This document shows positions 33,022 to 40,034 of a stretch of DNA of 40,605 bases, one piece after another. The translations under genes and the position numbers were made by a program. The notes beneath the pieces are model-generated. The model was not told the origin of the DNA, made no database searches, and worked only from the letters and a program-made list of their open reading frames with translations. The stretch is from Candidatus Binatia bacterium (GTDB lineage Bacteria > Patescibacteriota > Saccharimonadia > Saccharimonadales > UBA10212), in assembly GCA_035542755.1 (NCBI GenBank), contig DATKKU010000041.1:1-40605 (forward strand), in the 5' to 3' direction. Within the stretch, counting starts at the first letter, position 1, and the number at the start of each line of letters is the position of its first letter.

Positions 33022-34071
33022 CTAGAGCCGGACGTCGGGCCAGCTGGGAAGCGGGTCGGTGGACTTGACGACGTGCATGCCAGCGTTGCGGAACCGGTCA
33101 AAGGCCGCGTCGGCCTCATCGGTGTAGTCCAGCACGCCGGGGATGACGACCGGAGAGGTGCAGTCCTCCAGGAGGTACACCTTGCCAGCCAGGTTCGGAT
33201 CCTTCGCCGTGATGTCGCTGAGCAGGTCGTCGATGGTCCAGGCAACGCAGTGGCTCTTGGCCTGACCGGCGATGGCCAGGACATCGAACTTCAGCAGCAT
33301 CTCGATGAAGACGGTGTTGCGCTGGGCGCTCGGCAGCTGCCGATTTCCCGCCGTGGTCAGGACCTCGGGGCCCAGAACCGAGTAGTTTTCGGTGAAGGCG
33401 TTGGTGCCCTTCACCTCAAAGCCGGTCTGTGCTCCGCGGGCGATGGCGTGGAAGAAGCAAGCCTCCTCCAGGCCGCTGACCAGAGCGTGACCCTTGCCGC
33501 CCAGCATGGCGTGGAAGGGCCAGATGGTCAGTGCATAGCGTCCGGCGGCGGCCAGCTGCTGCGTGTAGTGCTCAAGATGCTGCTGAGCAGCACTCAAGCT
33601 GACGTGCAGTGCGGAGGCCATGAACGGGCTAGCCGTCCACTTGCCGTCCAGGATGTCCTGGTGGCTGACGAGTGTGTACGGTGCCGGGTTGGCGCCGAAC
33701 TCGTCGACCAGGAAGGGCGGGTGAAACACCGCGTAGGCGCGGTGCGTATCCAGCGTGCAGTGGATGTCGCTGAGCAGACCCAGGTTGCGGTAGATGAACT
33801 CCGCAGTCCGGGCGCTGTCCTCTACAGCTCCGTTTCCGGAGCGGCCGCCCACGAACAGCTCGCCCTTGGGGTTGGCGAAGGTGTTCTGGGCGTCAATCAC
33901 CAGCAGGCCGACCTTGGTGCGGTCGGTTGCGCTGGCGCTCAGGCCGTGAGTCTGGCGCCAGTCGGTGGCAGCGGTTGCCAGACCGCCATAGTCCAGCCAG
34001 CGCTCGTCGTCTACCACCTTTGCCGGGTCGTAGTGCGCCGGCAACGGCAGCTGCGTAACAGTAGCAGTCAT
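33022..34071 (-). CDS. nicotinamidase / isochorismatase-family cysteine hydrolase (long PncA-like form)
   Basis: AAGGAG lies 7 nt before ATG 34071; the ORF-track start at 34188 lies inside the kinase gene. Motifs are LLVIDAQNTF (catalytic Asp), LDTHRAYAVFH (metal ligands), IWPFHAMLGGKG, VKGTNAFTENYS (catalytic Lys) and GQAKSHCVAWT (nucleophile Cys). Confidence 0.85.
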   Translation of the reverse strand: MTATVTQLPLPAHYDPAKVVDDERWLDYGGLATAATDWRQTHGLSASATDRTKVGLLVIDAQNTFANPKGELFVGGRSGNGAVEDSARTAEFIYRNLGLLSDIHCTLDTHRAYAVFHPPFLVDEFGANPAPYTLVSHQDILDGKWTASPFMASALHVSLSAAQQHLEHYTQQLAAAGRYALTIWPFHAMLGGKGHALVSGLEEACFFHAIARGAQTGFEVKGTNAFTENYSVLGPEVLTTAGNRQLPSAQRNTVFIEMLLKFDVLAIAGQAKSHCVAWTIDDLLSDITAKDPNLAGKVYLLEDCTSPVVIPGVLDYTDEADAAFDRFRNAGMHVVKSTDPLPSWPDVRL

Positions 34072-34099
34072 TGCTGCTCTCCTTTTTGTTTGAGTGGTT

Positions 34100-35968
34100 T
34101 TAGCTGAGTTTGAGCAGAGTAATTTCGCGGGCCGAAACCGCGTAGATGCCGTCACTGCCGGCCAAAAGCTGGCTGGCGGCGTCAACAAACGGTTCGGTAT
34201 CGGGGAACTCTTGCTCTACTTGCAGGGTTCCGTTAGCCGCCGTGATTCGGACGATTCCTTCGTCGGTGGCGGCATATAGAGACCTTCCGCTGGCAAAACG
34301 CCCGCGGATACCGCTTGCCAACCAGGAGTCATCGGTTTCTTCGGCCGAGGCCGAGGCAACCAATTCACCTTTTTGATTGACGACGTAGCAGTGGTTGACC
34401 AGCCGGCCTGCCTCTTGGATGCTGAGCATCAGCCACGCCAACTGGTTGGAAAATACACAGGTGGCGTCAATCAGCTGGCCCGGTAGGTTTGGAATTGGTA
34501 CGCGGTCGTTTAGCCCCGCGCCGCCAGTGTCAAAGACGAAGCTTCTCGTCATCTGACCGGCTTGGTAAAACCCCAGTCCGAAGCGGTCGCCCGCCCAGAA
34601 TAGAGTTTTGTCAGGTAGAACATCGCCGATGTAGCTGCTGCCCAACTTGCCGCTACGAACCAGCTGCCCGTTGGTAGTCCAGAAATAGGCCTCTGAGTTG
34701 GCGTCAAAGATTGGCAGCCGGCCGACGTTATCGGTTGTCAGGCTCTGCTTTGTCTGACCTGAGAAAACCAGCAGACGGTTTCGCTTGCCAAGCAGAGTGG
34801 TGTCGCCACTGATTCGGAAACGGAGCTCCGGATCAAGCTTGCCGCGAACCACTTCTTGGCCGTTCTCCCGGACAAAGCGTCCGTTCTCGTAGTGCAGATA
34901 GCGGAGTTTGCCGTTTTGAACGCAGGCGTGCAGAATTTGGCCCCGGGTGACGAACGTTCGAGTGGCCGTGACCTTACCTCGCCGTACGATGGTCTGAATC
35001 ACGGCTCCGGGTGCTGCACAGACCGGACATTTAGCCCTGGCATGGACGCTGCCGCAAACGCTGCAGACTGTCCAGCGCAGGTTATCGAGTAGTTGCAATG
35101 GAAAGACTTCGCGCAGGTCATTTTGGTAAACCCGCGTAAAGTAGTCCAGCAACTCGTCCGGCAACACGGTGAGTGGTAGAGCTGGTTTGGGGTAGAGGAC
35201 TTCAGGCGAGAAGACCGTGATTCTTGAAAGCACACGGTCGTCGTGCTGCAGCCGTTTGCCCGAGGTAGGTCTGTGGACTCCACCGTAGGGGCCAACAAAC
35301 AGCAGCGATTGGAACAACATGGTGCTAAAGGCGTACCAGTCAGAGTAACGGCTATGCGGTGTGCTGAGGACCAGGTGGTCCGGCGCGCAGGCCAGCGGGT
35401 CAACGAAGCGAGCCGTGAAGGTTCGGCAGAGGAACTTGCCAAACTGCATGCTGTCGGCGTCAACCAAGTACGAACGGTTGGTGCCGTCAAATAGCACGTT
35501 CAAATCGTTGAAGTCGCCGATGACTACTCCAGCCTGGTGCACCGCCTCCACCATTTCGCGTAGGTCGCGGAAGACTGCCAGAGTCTGGTTGCCGTCAATG
35601 CCGCCTTGTTCGCGCCACAGCCGGTCGCCCAGTCTGAGCAGTACTTCCTCGGTGTCCAGGTAGTTCATGGTGTAACCGGCAATGTCGGTGCCCGTTGAAC
35701 GGCGGTAAGCCAGTTCAAGCGGAGACACAACCCGTTCGGGCAAGACAGCGCCCGGGAAGGCCGGCAGCTTGGTTTGGATTTCGGCCAAGCGTTCTTTGGC
35801 CCCGGCCTGAGCCGAGGGGTTACCGGCGTAGTCCGGGTCGTTTGGTTGCTTGTACAGTTTCAACACCCGGCCGCCGTCAAGGCGGAATATGTCGGCCTCG
35901 CCGCCCTTGCCGATGATTGCCGTCGGCGGAAGCTGGCGACGCTGGCCATTTAGGTAAACGGTCGCCAC
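34100..35968 (-). CDS. atypical Ser/Thr protein-kinase-like protein with CxxC-x8-CxxC zinc ribbon and ~300-aa beta-rich C-terminal domain
   Basis: AGGAGG lies 4 nt before in-frame GTG 35968, right after the PP2C stop. The alternative ATG at 36013 overlaps PP2C by 35 nt. Motifs are Gly-loop IGKGGEADIF, VLKLYK (Lys), GVVIGDFNDLNVL (catalytic-loop-like), VDADSMQF (DFG-like) and CSVCGSVHARAKCPVC. Confidence 0.8.
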   Translation of the reverse strand: MATVYLNGQRRQLPPTAIIGKGGEADIFRLDGGRVLKLYKQPNDPDYAGNPSAQAGAKERLAEIQTKLPAFPGAVLPERVVSPLELAYRRSTGTDIAGYTMNYLDTEEVLLRLGDRLWREQGGIDGNQTLAVFRDLREMVEAVHQAGVVIGDFNDLNVLFDGTNRSYLVDADSMQFGKFLCRTFTARFVDPLACAPDHLVLSTPHSRYSDWYAFSTMLFQSLLFVGPYGGVHRPTSGKRLQHDDRVLSRITVFSPEVLYPKPALPLTVLPDELLDYFTRVYQNDLREVFPLQLLDNLRWTVCSVCGSVHARAKCPVCAAPGAVIQTIVRRGKVTATRTFVTRGQILHACVQNGKLRYLHYENGRFVRENGQEVVRGKLDPELRFRISGDTTLLGKRNRLLVFSGQTKQSLTTDNVGRLPIFDANSEAYFWTTNGQLVRSGKLGSSYIGDVLPDKTLFWAGDRFGLGFYQAGQMTRSFVFDTGGAGLNDRVPIPNLPGQLIDATCVFSNQLAWLMLSIQEAGRLVNHCYVVNQKGELVASASAEETDDSWLASGIRGRFASGRSLYAATDEGIVRITAANGTLQVEQEFPDTEPFVDAASQLLAGSDGIYAVSAREITLLKLS

Positions 35969-35978
35969 TTTTCCTCCT

Positions 35979-36803
35979 CTAGTTTTCTTCGGGTTTTGCC
36001 AGCCGTCCGACAATCAGTGTCGTGTCGTCGGGCAGCAGGCCGGGCTCGGGGTCTTTGCGTGGCCAGTCGCGGCTGATTAGCCGCAAGCGGCGGTTCAGCA
36101 GGTCTGGCTTGTTGGGGTCAAAGTAGTTCGGGTCGTCCCAAAACTGGCTGATGTTGCCGACCTGCTCACTCATGCCCGGCAGACTCATGTGCTCGGCAGC
36201 GATAAGGTCCATGACCCCATCACAGCCGATTGCAAAACTCTGCAAAGCTTCAAGCTCGCACGACGCCACAACTTCCAGGTTGGGAGCCTTCATATCCGGC
36301 TCCAAGCGGCCCGCCAGCAAGCCGTAAGCCGCATAAGGCGGCTGGTTGCCGGGGAATGGACCAAGCTGATAGATGTTGTTGTTGACGGCAAAGACTCCGT
36401 CACCCAAGGCAAAGAAGTCGGCCGTCTCGTCGGTCAGCGCAACACCAACGATTGTGAACAGAAAGTAGTCCTCAATCGTTTGGCGGTAGTTGCCGCCCAT
36501 CAGCCTGGCGGTAGAGTCAATGGTCTGAAGTACGTCTTCCAGTACTTCGTCCCAAAGGACTTCGCCGAAATCGCTGATGTGGTCGCTGACCGTGTTTGCT
36601 ACGAGGCGGGCACCAAGCTTCGCACCTACCTCGCTATCCTTGCTGCTGCCGCAACCATCGGTTACCACCGCAACTGTTGCCTGCTCGGTGCGAATGACGG
36701 CAAGGCCGTCCTGACCGTTTTTATGCAGGTTTATGTTGCGATGATTGCGCCCGGTTACGGAGCCGCTGGCAATCGCGAAGTCGTGGTGCGTCAAAGTGCT
36801 CAC
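35979..36803 (-). CDS. PP2C-family Ser/Thr phosphatase
   Basis: GRNHRNINLHKNGQDG...VAVVTDGCGS...FALGDG...AIGCDGVMD shows acidic metal-binding motifs in PP2C order. The start is GTG 36803 or, better spaced from GGAGGTG, TTG 36794. Confidence 0.78.
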   Translation of the reverse strand: MSTLTHHDFAIASGSVTGRNHRNINLHKNGQDGLAVIRTEQATVAVVTDGCGSSKDSEVGAKLGARLVANTVSDHISDFGEVLWDEVLEDVLQTIDSTARLMGGNYRQTIEDYFLFTIVGVALTDETADFFALGDGVFAVNNNIYQLGPFPGNQPPYAAYGLLAGRLEPDMKAPNLEVVASCELEALQSFAIGCDGVMDLIAAEHMSLPGMSEQVGNISQFWDDPNYFDPNKPDLLNRRLRLISRDWPRKDPEPGLLPDDTTLIVGRLAKPEEN

Positions 36804-36917
36804 CTCCGTTCATTTTTGGTTCCTGGTTGTCAAAGTTCAGCGGTGCGGTGTTTGCTCGCATCACCGGCTGGCGCTCAAAATATGCTTTAAGCGTTAGCCG
36901 CCAAAGCGGGCGATAAT

Positions 36918-38174
36918 TTAGACGCCAAAGACCTCCTTATATTTATTAATCTGAGACGGCGAGCCAGTATATTTGCCGGGGTCGTCGCTCAACTTTACGG
37001 TGCCGACTCCGTTGACGCGGGTGGCCTTCATGACAATGTTCAGGGCTTTTATACCGAGGTCATTGGTCAGACTGGTGCCCCAGCCAAACAGCACGTTTAT
37101 GCGGCTTTGAAAGTTTTCTTGCAGCGAAACAATGTCACCGATATCTAGTCCGTCGCTAAAGACAACTGTCTTTGTACGTGGGTCAATGGAATTTTGTGCG
37201 TAAAATTCAATTACCTTTTCGCCAAAATCGTAGGCGTCGCCAGAATCGTGGCGCACACCTTTCCATAACTCGGCCTGCTCTGGGCTAAAGTCGCTAAAGA
37301 AAAAATCACTGCCAAAAGTGTCGGTTAGAGCGATTGAATAGTCGTGGCCATAAAGACGGTACCAGTCGTCCAGAAATTTATTATGTGAGCCGGCAATATT
37401 TTGTCCGCGGGACTCGGCCAGCCCAGCGTAGACCATCGGCATTTCGTGGGCAAAGGTACCGATAGGCTTTAAGCCAAACTTGCGAGCCAAGCCAACATTT
37501 GAGGTGCCGACCAAATTGTCCGGGCACTCGGCCGCCAATCGTTCAATGACGTGGCTTTGCCAGCGGCTGCTAAAGTGACGGCGAGTACCAAAGTCGGCAA
37601 ACTTAATCTGCGGGTGGCTCTTTAGGATGTCAATCTTTTCGCTCAGTCGCCTATCGCCCTCCTCGTAGACTTCAAAGGGGTCTAGGTTGTGAGCCATCAA
37701 ATAGTTTTCAAAGTATATTTCATTTACCTCGGCTAGAACTGCCGTTTCCCAAAAAGTTACAGCCGGCCATTCGCCAGTTGTTTCAACGGCTAAATCGCCC
37801 TTTTGATTCAAGCCGACTTCTGCCTCCGGTAATTCCATATCTTCCAGATATTGCAAAAACTGCTCATTAAAAACCGCTTGGCCGTCGCTAAGACTAAGAC
37901 TACCAAGATATCTAAGTTCGGTTTCATTCCAGCCAAAGCGTCTGAGTGCCTCAAGCCTAGCGGCTAGCTCGGGCGGGGCAACAAACTCGCTAAGCTGCTC
38001 CGGGCCGCGGTTATGTAATGAAAAAGTAACTACGGCGCCTGGCTCTTTCGCATAAGCCAGTTGAGCCATAGTGGGCTTATAATAGTCCAATAACTCAGTT
38101 AGGTCGGGCAGGGCACCTTTGGCCGTCTGAGCCTCTATTGGTAGCTTTAACTCAGGTGATGTTATAGTGCTCAT
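36918..38174 (-). CDS. pncB: nicotinate phosphoribosyltransferase
   Basis: AGGAGG RBS (38181-38186). 418 aa with LLDYYKPTMAQ, FADFGTRRHFS and HEMPMV motifs typical of PncB. Confidence 0.9.
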   Translation of the reverse strand: MSTITSPELKLPIEAQTAKGALPDLTELLDYYKPTMAQLAYAKEPGAVVTFSLHNRGPEQLSEFVAPPELAARLEALRRFGWNETELRYLGSLSLSDGQAVFNEQFLQYLEDMELPEAEVGLNQKGDLAVETTGEWPAVTFWETAVLAEVNEIYFENYLMAHNLDPFEVYEEGDRRLSEKIDILKSHPQIKFADFGTRRHFSSRWQSHVIERLAAECPDNLVGTSNVGLARKFGLKPIGTFAHEMPMVYAGLAESRGQNIAGSHNKFLDDWYRLYGHDYSIALTDTFGSDFFFSDFSPEQAELWKGVRHDSGDAYDFGEKVIEFYAQNSIDPRTKTVVFSDGLDIGDIVSLQENFQSRINVLFGWGTSLTNDLGIKALNIVMKATRVNGVGTVKLSDDPGKYTGSPSQINKYKEVFGV

Positions 38175-38188
38175 GACCTACCTCCTAG

Positions 38189-38209
38189 TAATTGTATTTA
38201 ATACACTAA
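38189..38209. promoter_or_regulatory. candidate NrtR operator 1 (21-bp imperfect palindrome with GT-N7-AC core)
   Basis: TAATTGTAT-TTA-ATACACTAA, with core GT(38194-95)-ATTTAAT-AC(38203-04). It lies between the predicted pncB promoter and the RBS. Confidence 0.5.
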
Positions 38210-38222
38210 CTATCATGTCTAA

Positions 38223-38251
38223 AGAATATACAAGACTTAGTGTATTGTCAA
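38223..38251 (-). promoter_or_regulatory. pncB promoter
   Basis: The minus strand reads TTGACA (38251-38246), followed 15-17 nt later by TATATT/TATTCT. The -35 lies inside operator 2. Confidence 0.5.
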
Positions 38252-38256
38252 CACTA
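38238..38256. promoter_or_regulatory. candidate NrtR operator 2 (perfect 6-bp arms, GT-N7-AC core)
   Basis: TAGTGT-ATTGTCA-ACACTA. Its half-site TTAGTGTAT is the exact inverse of ATACACTAA in operator 1. Confidence 0.55.
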
Positions 38257-38276
38257 TTTATTTTTTTATCTACAAA

Positions 38277-38948
38277 CTAATCAAAGTTTCGGGGCAGGCT
38301 TTGGAGTGATTGGTGTTTGAAGCAGTAGAGTTTAGCCGGTCTGTGAGCGCCTTCACGCAGAAATTCTCCAGTGGGGACTATTAAGTCTAGCTCGGTAAAG
38401 CGCTTGCGGAAGTTACGTTTATCAAGCTCGTGTCCTAAGACTGCTTCGTAGGCCGATTGCAGCTGAGGAAACGTAAACTGACTAGGCAGCAGAGCGAACA
38501 CGGCGTTAGTATAGGCCAATTTGGAACGCAGACGCTCATGAGCGTATTTAATAATATCTGGATGGTCATAAGCCAGTTTTGGCAGGTTGCTAACAGGGAA
38601 GAACTGGGGGTTTTCGGTAGTTTTGCCACCAAGCGGGCTAAGGCCATAGCAAAGGCCCATATAGCTCACCGATACGGCGTGACCGCGGGGGTCGCGGCCA
38701 ACTGAATCAAAGGTATAAAGCTGTTCAATTAGACCTAGGCGTTTGGTATCTATACCAGTCTTTACACGCAGCACTCTGGTCAGAGCCTGCATGGTTGTCT
38801 CGCCTTCTGGGTTATAGCCGCCGGGCAGGGCCCACTGGCCCTTGAAGGGGATGTTTTGGCGTTGTAGCAGCAGGACGCAGAGCTGGCCGTCTATTAGCTG
38901 AAAAATGATGCCGTCAATTGTTAGAATAGGAGGTCTATATTCGCTCAT
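38277..38948 (-). CDS. nrtR: NrtR-type regulator (degenerate Nudix domain plus C-terminal winged helix)
   Basis: The Nudix fold has a degenerate box (GGYNPEGETTMQALTRVLRVKTG lacks the REx2EE glutamates). The C-terminus FTFPQLQSAYEAVLGHELDKRNFRKRF is typical of NrtR wHTH. It lies adjacent to pncB. Confidence 0.82.
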   Translation of the reverse strand: MSEYRPPILTIDGIIFQLIDGQLCVLLLQRQNIPFKGQWALPGGYNPEGETTMQALTRVLRVKTGIDTKRLGLIEQLYTFDSVGRDPRGHAVSVSYMGLCYGLSPLGGKTTENPQFFPVSNLPKLAYDHPDIIKYAHERLRSKLAYTNAVFALLPSQFTFPQLQSAYEAVLGHELDKRNFRKRFTELDLIVPTGEFLREGAHRPAKLYCFKHQSLQSLPRNFD

Positions 38949-38965
38949 ATGCGCAATTTACCATA

Positions 38966-38986
38966 AAAGTGTTAAATATACAATAA
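38966..38986. promoter_or_regulatory. candidate NrtR operator 3 upstream of nrtR (autoregulation?)
   Basis: AAAGTGT-TAAATAT-ACAATAA, with a GT-N7-AC core at 38971-38981, 18 nt upstream of the nrtR start codon. Confidence 0.4.
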
Positions 38987-39412
38987 CTGATTTACGGACT
39001 TAGCTTAGTCAAAGAATTGTTGCTGTCATCGGCCGCCGAAGGGGAGAGAGCCGCCACCCTCACTAAAAAACAGTGAACTAACCGAGCACTGAGCCTATCA
39101 TTGCACTAAACAGCTTCTACATGAGCCAGCTTTAACTAGTTGCTCCCAAAAGAATTAAAAAACTGTTTCCAATCATTCTCGCTTAGTTTTCCGCTGGTCT
39201 GGCGGATGACTATAAAATAGCGCTGGAAAAAATATAAGCACTGGATTCTTTTAGCAGCTGACCGGTCGGTCTTATCTTAAGGAGCTGGACTATAACTCGT
39301 GCATCCAGACCTAAAAGCTGTTAGGCCGACGCGCCAAGCCATTTTTGCTTAAGGCGTTCCAATCTTAACAAGAGTTTGCCTGCTTGCACTTTCATAGGCT
39401 AGACTTATTCTG

Positions 39413-40015
39413 ATGGGGAGCCTGATAAGTGACGTTAAGCATCCTGAGCCGAAGAGGCCTGTATCTAAAGACTCCTATACAACCAGCACTTTGTTTAAAG
39501 TCATGGTAAGAATTTTTAAAGAAATTCTTCTACGGGCTAAAAAATGGTTCTTGTCCCATAAACTAGCAATCGTAATCGTGGCAATTTTAATAATTTCTGG
39601 TGCTATTGGTCTAGACAAGGTACGTGTTCACAGCCCTCCGCCCGGTCCTTTGCCTGCAAACGTTGTCAGCTCCGTAAATTTTCGACTATATTACCCAGCG
39701 ACTTTGCCGAGTGGCTATGTGCTTGTGCCGGGCTCGGCTAAGACTGAGCATGGGATAGTTTTTTACACACTACAAAATGGCAACAATAAAATAACTATCA
39801 GCGAACAGCCTTTGCCCCAACATCCGCCTGACTTAAAATCGATAAGTGGCTTTAATGTCTTAACCGGCGATTCGGGGTCAATTGCTTTCGGTACGACCGA
39901 TGGATCGCCGGCAGCTATCTTGCTTACCGGCAATGCCCTAGTTGCACTAAACAGCACAACTAGCACTCCAACTACCGATGTTGTTAAGGTAGCTCAAAAG
40001 ATGAGGCCACTATAA
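39413..40015 (+). CDS. hypothetical membrane-anchored protein (possibly DUF4367-like)
   Basis: 200-aa ORF with a TM helix (LAIVIVAILIISGAIGL), then FRLYYPATLPSGYVLVPGS...ITISEQP. The start codon is uncertain. Confidence 0.5.
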   Translation: MGSLISDVKHPEPKRPVSKDSYTTSTLFKVMVRIFKEILLRAKKWFLSHKLAIVIVAILIISGAIGLDKVRVHSPPPGPLPANVVSSVNFRLYYPATLPSGYVLVPGSAKTEHGIVFYTLQNGNNKITISEQPLPQHPPDLKSISGFNVLTGDSGSIAFGTTDGSPAAILLTGNALVALNSTTSTPTTDVVKVAQKMRPL

Positions 40016-40034
40016 AATCCTGGGCTAAACTAAG

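Noticed and set aside
33073-34107. Long antisense ORFs inside the island: 33073-34107(+), 344 aa; 36189-36890(+), 233 aa; 32178-32669(-), 32185-32604(+), 34999-35490(-), 33006-33284(-) and others
   Set aside because: They are shadow ORFs expected in ~65% G+C DNA. Their products are Arg/Ala/Gly/Pro-rich with no motifs, and the opposite or other frame encodes proteins with clear catalytic signatures.
34072-34188. N-terminal 39 codons of ORF 33022-34188 (nicotinamidase)
   Set aside because: This part overlaps the kinase 3' end. A good AAGGAG-ATG at 34071 gives a product starting just before the conserved domain.
32095-36917. Prophage, integrative element or transposon call for the GC-rich island
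   Set aside because: There is no integrase, transposase, relaxase or phage structural gene, and no flanking tRNA. Only a 13-bp direct repeat is present. I report it as a compositional island rather than a defined mobile element.
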